Assembly: GCF_021028975.2 (NCBI RefSeq)
Contig: NC_059433.1
Span: 2,480,001 to 2,544,000, forward strand
Length of the DNA stretch: 64,000 nucleotides
From: Sphaerodactylus townsendi
Taxonomy: Eukaryota
Direction: 5' to 3'
Positions within the stretch are counted from its first letter, which is position 1. Every line of letters begins with the position of its first letter. Shown here one piece after another: positions 24,690 to 37,960 of this stretch. Position numbers and translations under genes: made by a program. The notes beneath the pieces are model-generated. The model searched no databases and was not told the origin of the DNA. It saw only the letters and a program-made list of their open reading frames with translations.

Positions 24690-27600
24690 TCCTTTCATTG
24701 CCTTTCATGGAATATTGCTGGTTGGCAAAAGCATTACAGGGACGAGGACCTCAAAGACTTTCTAACTTCCTTTGATGTCATCTTTTTGCAGGAAACATGG
24801 TCCTCTGATACGATTTTTTATAATGGCTTCAAATCACACATATTACCGGCAACACGCTCTTCAAAAAAGGGCCATTTGAAAGCCGGACTCTGTTGCCTTT
24901 ATTCAAATCATCCAGAGCCCTTTAATAACATGCCCACCCCTAGTCCAAGCTGTTCTGCTCACAATGGCGCAACTTAAGCTAATAGCAGTTAATATTTATC
25001 TGCCGCCTAATGTTGATCATGAAACCCTCCCAGCGCAATGGGAAAGAGTTTCACTCTATCTGGAGGAATTAGAGCACCAATATCCGGAGCTGGATTTACT
25101 TATAGTTGGTGACTTAAATGCCAGAATTGGCCAAATGGATCCTGCTTCCCAATTGCCTTTGCTACTGTCGGCTAAAACAACATCCATTTTACCGAGGGCA
25201 TCCCAAGATTCCGTAACAAATAGAAGTGGCCGTGAACTCATCAACTTCTGTTCCACAACAAATAAAATAATCCTCAACGGGAAACTTCAGCAGGACCACC
25301 CAGACAGTTATACGCATATCTCGTGTAAAGGAAGGAGTGTGATTGACTACATGATCGCCTCACCTAATCTTCTCGACTCCATATCCTCTTTTCAGGTTAT
25401 AAATAGAACTGAAAGTGATCATTTACCATTGGCGCTTACAATGACTCTTACTTCACAAACTACAACCCATGCAAATCTTCAATCAAAGCCAATGACTCCC
25501 ACCCTGGCCCCTAGCACCAAATGGTGTCCCAGGTGCAAAATTGCCCTTGACAATGCAGGGTTCGAAGAAGTACTGCTAGAGTCCTTTAAAAGTACTGCTA
25601 GAGTCCTTTATGTTGGGCCTCCGGAAGGGCCTCTGCTGGAGTATGAACTCCTATAATCTTGGATAAAGCTCTCCCTTACTAACAAAGTGCCATACTCAGC
25701 TGTAGGACAGAAAACATTTACATGGTTTGATGAAGAGTGCTTTCAAATGAAAGCACACCTTAAAGCCCTCCACCGTATTTTTCTAGAAAATGCGACTGCC
25801 ATATCATACCATGAATATCTACAATTTAAAACTCAATTCCAGAAAACCTTGTCTATAAAGAAGAGGCAACTGGTACAGAAAAAATGGGCCGAGCTGATAG
25901 CTACAATTAGTGCCAAGAAGACCAAACAATTCTGGCACCTCGTTACGAAGGGCAGCTCTCGAAACTCCGCAGCTCCCAGCTCGGCCTCTTCTATCATTCC
26001 CTCAATGTGGTGGGAGCATTATAACAATATCTTTTTTGACCCAAAAGGCAGCCAACGCAAGGTTGAATTATCTGCTCTTGAAGACTTGCCCAGCTGGCCT
26101 CGAGTTACCACTATCGATATATTCTGGCTTATTAGAAAATTTAAACAAGGAAAGGCCCGAAATTTTTACCAATTACGCTGGAAATTGGGCTCCTATATTG
26201 GCTGAACTCTTTTCATCAATTGATAATAGTGGCAAATTACCCCAATCTTGGACCAAGGCAACTATAGTACCAATTTTCAAACAAGGAAATCATGAAACAC
26301 CTTCTAATTACAGGCCAATCAGCCTGCTTTCTGTCCCGGGGTAACTGTACGCTGACCATCTCCGCGAGAAACTTTTGGAATGGGCCACTCCTCTATTAGG
26401 CCCAGAACAAATAGGTTTCATCAAGGGCCACTCCATGTATGACCACTGTGCAGTATTGAGACACTTCGCTGAGAAGTATGGAAAAACCAAGAACACCAGG
26501 CTGTATGTTGCGTTCCTCGACTTGAAGAGTGCCTTTGATTCAATCTCCAGGCAGCTCCTCTGGAATAAGTTAAGTGCTCTGGGAATAGAGAAACGCCTAC
26601 TTCTTCTCATTCAAAATCTTTATACTGCTACCACCTGCAGCATTCGCTGCAATTTCGCTGGCATATGCACTCCTGAAATTATTTCCAACGAAGGCGTGAA
26701 GCAAGGCTGTATCCTTGCCCCTTTACTGTTTAACCTGTTCCTACAGGATCTCCCAAATTCTCTCCCAATCGACCAAGATCACCCTCCCATCTTTGGCAAT
26801 GCACCGTTGACCACTCTTTTATATGCCGATGATACGGCTCTACTTTCACGTACCAAGATAGGCCTGAAACGTCTACTCCATGCCTTTGCAGATTACTGTG
26901 AACAAAATCAACTCTCAATAAATTATGAAAAGACCAAAATCGTGACATTCTCAAAATCATGGAAGCCATCTGCTTGGTCTATTAATGGGAATCGAATTGA
27001 CCAAGTCAAAAGTTTCAACTACTTGGGAATCCGTTTTCAATATAATCTGAATTGGACTGAGCAGTACAAGCATATCTTTCTCTCTACTAACCAGTGTGCA
27101 GCAGCAATTAGGCACTTCTATTTTCAAGGGGGACCATGTGTCCCAGCAGCGGTGAGGGCCTACGAAGGCAGACTGATCCCAAAAGCCTTGTATGGTGCTC
27201 CAATTTGGTTAAACCAAAAATTAAAGTCTCTTGAGTCCATACAATCCAACCTCTTCCACAAACTACTTGGAATCTCGAACAGTGTGTCATACCTCTCTCT
27301 CTGCTCAGAAATAGGCTTAAATCGCCTTGAAACCCGCATATGGCTTGCCGTAATTTGTTATTGGCTACACCTCAATTTCTGATCAGAACAAGACATCCTA
27401 ACCAGATGAATGCTTGCAGATTCTTATCTTTCTACTTGGAGCCTTTTGATCAAGTCCAAAATCAACTCGTTAGGCTTCGTGCTAGATTTTTTCCTAAACA
27501 TGGACGAAGCGCAAATAGTTAAACTTCTGTCGCTAAAGTTACTAGACGCAGAAATACAACTGTTTTCTTCACAATACATGAAGGGAATCCTACCTGAGGG

Positions 27601-27980
27601 TTTTTACTTTTCCTTTCCTAGCAAAGGACTACCGATGTATTTTTTCAACATATCTTCGTCATACCTCAGACATACCCTCATGCTAGCCCAATTGAATGCA
27701 CTACCTTCAGCAGTCTTAAGTGGCAGATTTCTTCGGATACCAGCAAAGAACGTGTCCCTGTGCACAAAAAGCCATTGAGACAATCAAGCACGTTCTCCTG
27801 GACTGCGATCTATTTGCTTCATTTAGAAGACAATATATAGATCACCACATTGAGAACTAAACTTTTTCACCGGACAAAGTTAAATCTTTTTACCTGCTTT
27901 GTGACCAACATCCTCAGAGATCTCTAGATGTTGCCAAATTTCTGACGTTGGCACAGCAGACTCGTTGCAGACTTTAGCAT
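24690..27980 (+). pseudogene. ORF2 (APE endonuclease plus RT) of the RTE-X-like element
   Basis: SWNIAG, LQETW, GDLNARIG, SVIDY, SDHLPL, NYRPISLL, FLDLKSAFD, GVKQGCILAP, YADD, YLGI; several frameshifts. Confidence 0.9.
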
Positions 27981-28312
27981 ATTTATTGATTTATTTATTT
28001 ATGTTTTCATTGTTGATAACGTCTAAACTTACTTATTTAAACCCTGATCTGATTCTCCTCAACCTCAGTTGTATTCCTAAATTCATGCCAATAAAGGTTG
28101 AAATGAATGAATGACCCCTTTCGGCTTGCAACCTGGGTGTCCACCTGGATTCATCTCTTTCAATGGAGACCAAGGTGGCACGTAACCCAGGTTGCTTTTT
28201 TCCATCTTTGCCAGGCCCAGTGGCTGGCCCGCTATCTCTACTAGGCTGATCTGGCCACGGTGATTCATGCAATGGTCACCTCCAGGTTAGACTATTGTAA
28301 GTCGCTCTACGC

Positions 28313-28371
28313 TACCAATCTTGATCCTCCTTGATCTCAGATTGCAAATGCCTTACCAGACCAGGTGCTCG

Positions 28372-28411
<40 letters not shown>

Positions 28412-28538
28412 GCCACTGCTTTCACATTCTGCATGTGAGCTCCCAAAGGCACCTGGTGGGCCACTGTGAGTAGCAAAGTGCTGGACTAGATGGACTCTGG
28501 TCTGATCCAGCAGGCTAGTTCTTATGTTCTTATGTTCT
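28313..28538 (+). mobile_element. CR1-type 3' tail ending (TTCTTATG)n, containing (CAG)n at 28374-28408
   Basis: gatggactctggtctgatccagcagg...ttcttatgttcttatg; short TSD tacgc. Confidence 0.75.
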
Positions 28539-28692
28539 TACGCGGGCCTTCCCTTGCAGCTAATCCAGAAATTGAAGCTGATACAAAATGCAGCAACCTG
28601 CCTTCTTACGGGCAGTTCAGCCAGGGATCATATCACCCCCATGCTTTGCTGCCTGCACTGGCTCCCAGTGGAATTCCAGATTGTCTTCAAGG

Positions 28693-29491
28693 CAGAGGCA
28701 TATCTAGGGAAAATGGAGCCTGGGGGCAGAATCTGAGTTTTGTGCCCCTCCCATGGGTGGCTGCCCTCCCGCACTGTGACCAAACAATGATTTTTATACC
28801 AGGTATATACCAGGACCTCAGATTTTCCCTTTAAACCCANNNNNNNNNNNNNNNNNNNNNNNNNNNNNNNNNNNNNNNNNNNNNNNNNNNNNNNNNNNNN
28901 NNNNNNNNNNNNNNNNNNNNNNNNNNNNNNNNNNNNNNNNNNNNNNNNNNNNNNNNNNNNNNNNNNNNNNNNNNNNNNNNAGAGAATAAAAGAAAGAAAG
29001 AAAACAAGCATTGGCAGGAAGAGGGTGGATTTAAAGGGAGAATCTGGGGAAATTTCGGGGGTGCCTGCTGTCAGGGGTGCAATTATTAAGATAGCAGCAC
29101 CAAAATTTCAGAGTATCTTTAGGCAACTCTCCTGATAATACCACCCAGGTTTGGTACAGGGGGTCCAAAATTATGGACCCTCAAAAGTGTATCTCCTATT
29201 AGCTCCCATTGGAAGCAATGGGGAATGGGGGCACTCCCTTTGGGAGTCCATAACTTTGGATTCCCTGAACCAAACCTCATCAGACCTGGATGATATCATC
29301 AGGAGAGCCTCCCAAAAATCTCTGAAAGTTTGGTGCTGCTAGCCTAAAAACCACACCCCCTGCAGGCCAAAAATGGGAAAAAACCCTGAAAATACCAAAA
29401 AACCACAAACGAACCTGCATTTTTGGTGCCTGCCACAAGGGGGTGCCTGGGGGCAAGTGCCCTCCCTTGTCCATAGGCAGATATGCCACTG
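28693..29491. mobile_element. Non-autonomous hAT element (spans N gap 28840-28980)
   Basis: TIRs cagaggcatatct / agatatgccactg; exact 8-bp TSD cttcaagg; L2 frame EFQIVFK|VLVLTFK is restored on removal. Confidence 0.9.
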
Positions 29492-30049
29492 CTTCAAGGT
29501 GTTGGTACTGACCTTTAAGGCCCTTCATGGCCTGGGGCCCTCAAACCGTTGAAACCACCTTATCACATATGTCCCGACTCAATCAGGTGAGGCAAATCTG
29601 TTGGTGGTTCCTCGCCCCTCTATGATGCAGCTGGCCTCTACCAGGGCCAGGGCTTTTATGGCCCTGGTCCCTGCCTGGTGTAATGCTCTTTCTCCAGCAG
29701 TTAGGGCCCTGCAGGACCTTGGGGAGTTTCACAGGGCCTGTAAAACTGAGCTGTTCCACTGGGCTTTGGGGGGGGCTGACTACTGACTTACTGTCCCTTC
29801 CTGATGCCCTTACTACCATCTTATTTCTTTGGCAACTTGCCAGTCCCCCCCCCCAGGGTTAGGACCAGACCCCATCCACCAAATTGTGGGTGGGCTATAT
29901 CGCTGCTACTAGTGTTATTGGTTTTATGTAATTTAATTATGCTATCCAATGTTTTGTTTTCCGTTATTTATTGACTCGTACACCACTCTGAGCTCTTTGG
30001 GGTAGCTCTCATTTATTTTATTAAATCAAATATATAAATAAAAATAAAT

Positions 30050-30910
30050 AAAATCTCCTTGTTCTCCAGAATGAATATTTCCAGTCCCTCAACCTTTCTT
30101 AATAGGGATTGGTCTCCAGATCTCTGATCATCTTTGTTGCTCTCCTCTGCACCTGCTCTATCCTGTCCACATCCTTGATGTGAGGCCTCCAGAACTGCAC
30201 ACAATACTCCAGGTGAGGCCTGACCAATGCAGTGGTACAGTGGGGTATGACATCTTGCAGTTTGAATGTTATGCCTCTGTTGATACACTCCAAGATTGCA
30301 TTAGCCTTTTCTTTGTTGCTGCATCACACTGACTGCTCATATTTAACTTACTGTCCACCCATAACACAAGATCTTTGTTCATATACCCTGCTGCTCAGTA
30401 CCAACCCAGTGTGTGCATTCTCATTTTTGTTACCCAGATGTAGAACATGACACTTATCCTTGTGGAATTGCATCTTGTTTGCTTCTGCCCAGTTTCCCAG
30501 TGTGTTCAGAATTCTACCTCTATCTTTTGGAGTATTCGCTGCTCCTCCCAGTTTGATATCATCTGCAAATGTAATGAGCAGTCCTCCACACCCTCATCCA
30601 GATCATTCATAAAAAATACTGAAAAGTACTAGGCTCAGAACCCAGCCCTGTGGTCCTCTGCTGATTCCTCCCTCCATTCTGATGAAATGCCACTGACAAC
30701 TACTCTTTGAATGTGGCTCTCCAACCAGTTCCCCACCCACTTCACTATCCTAGAGCTCAGTCTATAATCCTCAAATTACCCATCAGTACCTCATGGGTAA
30801 CTCTGTCAAAAGCTTCACTGAAATTCAGATAAACAGCATCCACAGCATTCCCTTGATTCAGTCTGCTCGTCACTCGATCTAAGAAGGAAACGAGGTTGGT
30901 CTGACAGAAA
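30050..30910 (-). mobile_element. CR1 LINE RT fragment
   Basis: [55 protein letters not shown]. Confidence 0.9.
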
Positions 30911-31504
30911 TGGGACAGGAATGGAATATCTAGGAGACATATCAGAACAGGCCAAGATAAAAAAAACTGTTTCTCTTCTTGTAAAAAAACCGACATATCA
31001 CAAATTTTAGTCCAAGTAATTTTTCTGATGCGTGCAGCATGTTCTGAGTCACAGCATTGGAGAGAAACACACATTGTTCAGTTTTTAGTGGCAATCAGTA
31101 TGACAGAGCTGTAAGGGCACAGAGATGGCTTGCAGAAGCAAAAATGAAGTTGTAGCTCCTGGTGAATAACAGGTACCATCAAAATAGACATTGTTTTTCA
31201 GTCTGTTTACAAATCTCATTTTCGTCTATGTCAGAGATTTCATGGAAAAGAATAAACTATTTTGCAAATGAGCATGGACTTTATTCTGCGGGTATTTGAC
31301 ATAATAAATAGTGTGTCAAACTCTGGCCCTTTTAGCCAGTTCTTGCCATGTCTTCAGGACTGGATATGTTGCCTGGACCTCTTATGATGCAGACTGTGAT
31401 TTGGTTTGTTCCCTCCCCCTTTCCCTTTTTTGTCTTTTGCTTTAGAGAATGTTTTGCTCTGCTTTTAGGCTTTCAACAGAAGAAGGCCCCAGGGGGTGAG
31501 ATAC

Positions 31505-31589
31505 ACCTACCTCACAGGGTATTTGTTGTGAGGGGGAAGGGAAAGGAGATTGTAAGCCCCTTTGAGTCTCCTGCAGGAGAGAAAGGGGG
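31505..31589 (+). mobile_element. Squam3-like SINE 3' fragment running into a gap
   Basis: Similar to 21055-21135. Confidence 0.7.
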
Positions 31590-32559
31590 NNNNNNNNNNN
31601 NNNNNNNNNNNNNNNNNNNNNNNNNNNNNNNNNNNNNNNNNNNNNNNNNNNNNNNNNNNNNNNNNNNNNNNNNNNNNNNNNNNNNNNNNNNNNNNNNNNN
31701 NNNNNNNNNNNNNNNNNNNNNNNNNNNNNNNNNNNNNNNNNGGAGCATAAAACACACCTTGCTCTCCTTTATTATTATTGTATTGCAATGCATAATTCCA
31801 CTAAATATGCTGCATGGCACCTTTCTCAACTCCCAGGGTCTTGTTACCATTCCCTGCAAGCTGATCTTGTACCCAGGACCCTCTGCGCAGAGTGGGCAAT
31901 CTGTGTCAGATTCCTGAATAGATAAGTCAAGGGTAGAAAGCACGGGGGAGGGGGCTTGAATTACTACTGAGTAAGTTCTTTTTCCTAATTCAAACGACAA
32001 ATCTCACCTTCTCCTTACATCTGTTTCTGTCTTTTTATTCCCACTGGACTCGGAGGGATACAGATGCCGACTTTTGCCACTGCTAAAGGAGCAGAGATCT
32101 GGGTTGCAGCCAGTTGGCGCTCCGGCTCCAGTCGAGAAATGGGGGCTTGAAAGAGCCTGCTGTAGCCTGGCACACACGCTTTTCCTTCCTCAACTCTGTA
32201 CTCAGCCACAACCCTGAGTTAGGGCATCTCCTGCCCTCCTGAACGGGCTCTCAGCTCCTCGGGAAGGATTTCATTCATCCTTTGGGGCTCAAGAAAGGCG
32301 AGAAAAGCTTGCAGAGAGAAATGGTGTGTTACGGAAGTGACATCTAAGCTGCAGCTTCGGACCCTCCGGCACAGAGGGAGAGAAAGCAGTGTTTCTTGCA
32401 CGTTTCGAATGAATTGGGCTTGTTATGAAATCGTGCCCATGTCGCCCGCCCCACACACTGACTGCTTTCCAAACTGAGAGGCTTTGGAACTTCTGTCTCA
32501 AGTATATCTAGCAATTCCCCACCCCCAAAACCCAAACCGCTCTCGCCACCTGAAAACGT

Positions 32560-32788
32560 TCTCCCCAGCCTAGGACCTCTTCCCACCCGCCGCGCTGCTG
32601 CAGGGACGACTTGGTGGGAAGGGCAGCCAGGAGATCCATGAGCAACAGCTGAAGCCACGCGAGCAGAGCAGGGCAGCAGTGGGGGGCGGTGGCAGCGGCA
32701 GCAGGGGGAGGCAGCGGCGGTGACGGAGCCACAGTGCACAGATGAAAGAGCCTCATGCGGCTCAGGAGCCGCGGGTTGCCGACCCCTG
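32560..32788 (-). mobile_element. One end of a GC-rich hAT non-autonomous element
   Basis: Minus strand starts CAGGGGTCGGCAACCCGCGGCTCCTGAGCCGCATG, a Charlie-type terminus; other TIR not found. Confidence 0.65.
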
Positions 32789-32799
32789 CTCAAGACCAT

Positions 32800-33645
32800 T
32801 ACCTCACATGGACAGCAGGCAAAATCAAGGATTTCCCCTGCCCAAGATATATTTTGCCTTATAAAAGCCCACCCCAGACCCCAGTCAGGTGTTCAATATT
32901 ATCATACACCACCATGGTGCTCTGTAATATTGTTCCATCAGTGCTGATCATCACCAGCCTTGTGCTGGTCAATAGGTCTCTGCCTCCTGGACATCAACTG
33001 CATGACTGGTCAATACAATGTTTGATGCCCCATCCCTGCTTTCTACATATATCTAAAACCTGTCTTTCATCTCTAAATTACATACTAGGAAACCTTGTAT
33101 GTGTGTGTTTTTACCCCAGCAATTGATTGATTGTGAGTGAGATTTTATTTCATTCCATTTGTTATTTTCCCAATAAAACCCTTGGAAATAAATTTCTTTT
33201 CTCTGCTGGTTTCTTTTCTCTGCTGGTGTGTATATATACCNNNNNNNNNNNNNNNNNNNNNNNNNNNNNNNNNNNNNNNNNNNNNNNNNNNNNNNNNNNN
33301 NNNNNNNNNNNNNNNNNNNNNNNNNNNNNNNNNNNNNNNNNNNNNNNNNNNNNNNNNNNNNNNNNNNNNNNNNNNNNNNNNNNNNNNNNNNNNNNNNNNN
33401 NNNNNNNNNNNNNNNNNNNNNNNNNNNNNNNNNNNNNNNNNNNNNNNNNNNNNNNNNNNNNNNNNNNNNNCCTATACGTGTGTNNNNNNNNNNNNNNNNN
33501 NNNNNNNNNNNNNNNNNNNNNNNNNNNNNNNNNNNNNNNNNNNNNNNNNNNNNNNNNNNNNNNNNNNNNNNNNNNNNNNNNNNNNNNNNNNNNNNNNNNN
33601 NNNNNNNNNNNNNNNNNNNNCAGCCTGTGTGTGTGTGTGTATGTA

Positions 33646-33680
<35 letters not shown>

Positions 33681-33777
33681 CTCGATCAAGTTATCCAATG
33701 CTCCTCAGAGACGCTAAGTGACCTTGTAATTTTCCCAACCAAATAGAGTTGTTGCATCCCGCCATTTTGGGTAAGAA
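32800..33777 (+). mobile_element. Possible LTR remnant with (TG)n/(TA)n and gaps
   Basis: TATAAAAG at 32860, AATAAA at 33172, U5-like end cgccattttgggtaaga; no clear 5' TG or TSD. Confidence 0.35.
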
Positions 33778-33965
33778 TAGCTATCATGCCCCCCATTTAA
33801 CCTTTGCTTCTCCAGACTAAACATCCCCAGCTCCCTAAGCCTCTCTTCATAGGGCATAAACTCCAGACCTTTTACCATTTTGGTTGCCCTCCTCTGGACC
33901 CGTCCCAGCTTGTCAATATCCTTCTTGAATTGGTGCCCAGAACTGTACACAATGTTCCAGGTGAA
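33778..33965 (-). mobile_element. CR1 fragment
   Basis: [23 protein letters not shown]...[15 protein letters not shown]. Confidence 0.9.
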
Positions 33966-34489
33966 AACATCAATTTTTTTTGTTAACGTTTGTACTGAGA
34001 ATTGACATTTTCCATTGCTCAGGGGTTGCTTTCGTTCACAATTTGGGGAGATTCCCTTATTTCCTATGCTATTGTATCTACTTTCTGGCCATGCTTCCCA
34101 CAGCCATGAGCTTGTATTCGCTCAGCTGATCTTTCTCAGCATCAGTCTTATTATTTGCCATCTGCCTAAAGTTAGCTCAGTAAATACCACCAGACTCAGA
34201 TTCGACACAGTATCTTCTCAAGATGAAAGTGTACACACAGTTCATTGTTTCCTAAGCCTCTTGTGGACTGATGCAGGGCGCTTGTGGCAGAATCCATATT
34301 TGCATTTGCATGCTGACATTACAGTAGCCCAAGAATAGCAAAAGCAATAAAGAAGAGGGTGGTTTTTAAAGTACTGAAGTATTAGGAATTGTTTTCCTTA
34401 AAAGGGCAGCCAACTGTTTAGAGGGTAGCACAAGCTCACTGTTCCCAATAATGTTTTATGCCTCAATTTTGTTTGTATTTCATGTCCTT

Positions 34490-35410
34490 ATACACAATTC
34501 GCTAAGGGATAGTATGTTGCAATGACAAATCCCCAACAAATGGGTGTGCAGGACTCACAGTGTGCCCATTGGTGGGTGACATTCCATCCACTCCCCACCC
34601 ACCCACCCACCTTCCCCGACCCAAACCCAAAGGAGTCTCCCCACACCCCAAACAACAAGCTGGCCTACTGCTCTGCTGGCGTGGTCCAAGCCTCCCCACT
34701 CCCCTGTTCTCCCTCTCCCACCTCCCCACTCCTCTGTGAAGCCAGAGGCCCCCATTTCCCTCCACCATCTACCCCCCAAGACAAGCCTGGATGATGAGGT
34801 GGTTGCACTTTGCCAACAAGGCAGAGGCATCTTTCAGCCCACTGCCCTGCCAAGGAAACTACCGGCCTTCCCATTCCCCCCACACTCTCCCACCCCCTAC
34901 AGACCAAGACAGCCTCGTTCCCTGCTCGCCATCATCCCCCAAGGTGAAGCTGGGCCCCAGCTGCCCCACTGCACCCTCCCCCTGCCCCAAGAAGCAAGCT
35001 GGGTCAGTGCAGGAGCAGCAGTTTGCCACCTGTTTCCTCACCAACCAGCCCGTGCCACCCCATTCCACTCTCCCCCTGCCCCAAGCTCCCCACTGCACCC
35101 TCTCCCTATTCCAAGACTCCCCATTGCACCCTCCCCTGCCACAACAGGAAACTGGACCAGGAGGGAGGGTGACAGAAAGCTGCGATCTCCACTAGGCCCA
35201 CCACCACCCTCCCCCTTGAGCCCCCACCCCAAACAAAGAGCAGGATCTACTTGGTAAGGATGAGGAGTAGAGGCCTCAGGTAAGTCCAGCTAGGGTTGGG
35301 GCAGAGGCTGGTGTGGGGGTGGTCTCCTGAGGGGGAGAGGGAAGGGGTCCCCCCTCTCTCCTCCATCTAAAGCCATTTTTATTTCACTTTAAAATGTGCT
35401 TTACTGCTAG
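34490..35410 (+). mobile_element. Probable non-autonomous Helitron-like element, C-rich body
   Basis: Subterminal hairpin aaagccatttt...aaaatgtgcttt followed by CTAG|T at 35407-35411; 5' end uncertain. Confidence 0.45.
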
Positions 35411-36766
35411 TAGTTAATTTTTTGGGGTGGGGGGAATATGAACATTAGTGGGAGGCAATAGTTACAAAAACAGACTCCACACCCTTTCAAGACAGGGTCT
35501 CGTGTATATTTATTTTAACAAAAATGTTAACTTTTTAAAGGATTTTTTAATGCACATGTGAACTAGTTTGATGGATGGGCAGGGAAAGAGAACTACAATT
35601 GCTTCTAGGTAATTATTTTAAATGTTTAACTGAAATGAAGACATTTGTTTTAATTCAACCATTATTCTAAGTTATACCTTCAGAACGAACTAATTCAAGT
35701 TCACAAAAAAAACTTGTTCCAAATGTTAGATATGTACTAATATTGGGTATGTGAATAAAACAACAGTCAAATCACTCTGATTCCAAAAAGTCAGTTTCAA
35801 AGATCAGGCAGTAAGTCTAGCCAAAATGCAACACAATTGAATCTCTGACTTCAGTGGGCCAAAGTTAGGTGTATGTTGAATTTTTTGACTAAAATCAGTG
35901 GGACTTTAGAATACATACATCATTTGGTTAGGTTGCATTCTTGAGATTAGGACTTTTTAAAGACAAAAGGCGCTGGTGAGTAGTGTTATTTCCTCTCAGT
36001 TTCCTTTTAAAAAAGTGTATGCCATTGAACCGAAGCATTCCATCCCCAGCAAAGAACAAACAGCTCTTTTATGCACCATCATGGAGAATCTTTGAGCACA
36101 CAAACATCCTTAGACTGTATTGGACTTCTAATCTATGCAGCTCAGTGACATTTTGTCCAACTGGCAGCGGTTATTGCCAGATTTCCACAGGCTCATGGTC
36201 GGAACCTGATCGTTCAGTAAGCAGTTCAGATGAATTCACATGGAGAAAATCCAATTTGCATACTTATGTGGATTTTTTCATACAGCCAGGGTGGCTTTTT
36301 TGCCATCCACAACTTCTGATTGCAACTGCTATTCCCTCTAATCTGAAAGGGCACATATCTCTGTCCTTCAGTATCTACCCATGAATCCGGCAAATGGTAC
36401 AGTCTAATACTCCAGAAAACAGAGCCCAGTTTCTCTAGCAGCAAAAGGCACTTCGAATGGCAGACTTTGCAGTGTCACATGAGCTTGTTCTCCTCCCCAA
36501 GGCCCACTCCCAAATCTCCAAGAACGTCCCAAGTTGGAGATGTAAGTCTATGCACAACTTTAGCTTGAGCATACTGTTGGAATAGGTGACTATTGCATGC
36601 TTGAACCATGGGGGGAGGGCATTATATGTCTCTGCACTGTCCTGTTGTGTTATTCGCTCTCTGTGTTTGACTCCGCCTACCAACTTCCTCCTTCGATATG
36701 GACATCTTCTCTCTCCTTCTGACTTGGTACTGAGCACATGGCGTAGCTGTCTGTTCCTGAGCAAAC

Positions 36767-37447
36767 TGTCAAACCTCGGATCTGGAAATCACGGAAACTG
36801 TAGATTTGTTCTAAAGCCTTTAATTCAGAATGTAGGTAACATGGTAAAAGAGGAATCTAGCGATTCCCACACAAACCCCTTATATCCCATTGCCCCCTCC
36901 CACCAAGCCAAACAGCTCCTACTCTCTTCTACAATCTATAAAGCATTCACTACAAAGCATTGCAAGCCTGGGAACAGTTCACACCTTCCTTTGGTAAGAT
37001 CTGTGTCCAGGATACCCTGGGGTGCCAAGGGGAAGATGCTGGGCTTTCGCCCCACATCAGAGAGTGGTACACTGCCTCCCCCGCCCTACCTGCCATTTGG
37101 CACTGGCAAACTCAGTCCTGACATTCTGCCCCCTTTAAGACCTTTCCCCCCCTCTCCAGATGGTCAGAGTAAGCCCAGTGGAAAGCTTTCACTAAGCAAA
37201 AGTTGTATGCAAACTTGGCGAAGGGGAGCAAGTCCACCCAATTGTCTTGGTAGTAATTGATGTAACACCGCAGATATTGTTCCAGGGTAGCGTTCAGGCA
37301 TTCACTTTGCCCATCGGTTGCCGCATGGTACGCCAAGGAAAGAGCTTACTCCATGCCTAATAGCTTGAGGAAATGGCGCCAGAACTGTGAGACAAACTGG
37401 CTGCCTCGGTCTGAAATTATTTTTTCGGGGGCAGCGTGGAGCCTATA
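36767..37447 (-). mobile_element. Gypsy 3' end: integrase core fragment, PPT and 3' LTR (36767-37123)
   Basis: [36 protein letters not shown]; PPT aaagggggcagaa before TGTCA; LTR ends TGACA. Confidence 0.9.
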
Positions 37448-37960
37448 TGTTCGGGAACAGGGAACCCCCCCTCCCCGGACTTACGGCCTCCACTGCCGCC
37501 GCCACGTCTGCTGCCTCCACCATCACCCCGGGACGCCGGGGGCTCCCCAACGAGCTGGGCGGGCAGAGCGGGGACTCCCTCCACCGATGCGCCGGCGGGG
37601 TCTTCCAGGCTTGCAGCCGGGGAAGGCGGTGAGCGGGGATGGCTGGCCGGGCCCTCCTCAGGGCCGAGGAGACGACGCAGTCCGGAACTTCCAGGCCACC
37701 AACGGGGGACTCGGCGGCGGTCCGCCCTCCGAGGGAGAGTCCAGGGCCGCGTTGGGGGCTGGTCCAGCTGGTGGCGCTTGGGACGCCACCGATCCAGGCC
37801 ACAGGGTGCGGCCAGGCCGGGCAAGGCAGTCAGGTGGGAGACGGGGCTGGAAAAGGGAGGGGATTTTATGGCAGGAGGACAGCTGCCCCTGCCCTGGCTT
37901 AAAAGGGGAGAAACGGAGGCACCTGGGGGCTTGGCTGGGTGGAAAGCAGGAGGCAGGGGG
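37448..37960 (+). mobile_element. CpG-rich LTR-like segment abutting the integrase fragment
   Basis: Starts TGT exactly where integrase homology stops; TTAAAAG at 37899; no 3' CA or TSD seen. Confidence 0.4.

Larger units (their letters stand above)
22938..28113 (+). mobile_element. Near full-length RTE-X-like LINE (ORF1 + EN-RT-CCHC), about 5.2 kb
   Basis: TSD acccctttc at 22929-22937 and 28114-28122; ends atgccaataaagg plus (aatg)n. Confidence 0.85.
21650..30010 (+). mobile_element. L2-clade LINE (RT to 3' end) acting as host for three direct insertions
   Basis: TCPLDLCPSWL, NYCPISNL, FQSGF...TVL, DLTAAFD, GVPQG, YPDDTQL; resumes at 28114, 28539 and 29492. Confidence 0.9.

Noticed and set aside
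32508-32756. ORF MRLFHLCTV... resembling a signal-peptide first exon
   Set aside because: Its ATG lies within the hAT terminal sequence CAGGGGTCGGCAACCCGCGGCTCCTGAGCCGCATG, so it is transposon-derived.
33127-33746. ORFs spanning N-runs (also near 9.9, 28.9, 31.6 and 49.1 kb)
   Set aside because: Artefacts of assembly gaps and microsatellites.
35983-36764. Medium ORFs and a minus-strand LDF...GSDHEPV endonuclease-like motif
   Set aside because: Flanked by stops with no other EEP motifs in order; likely chance.
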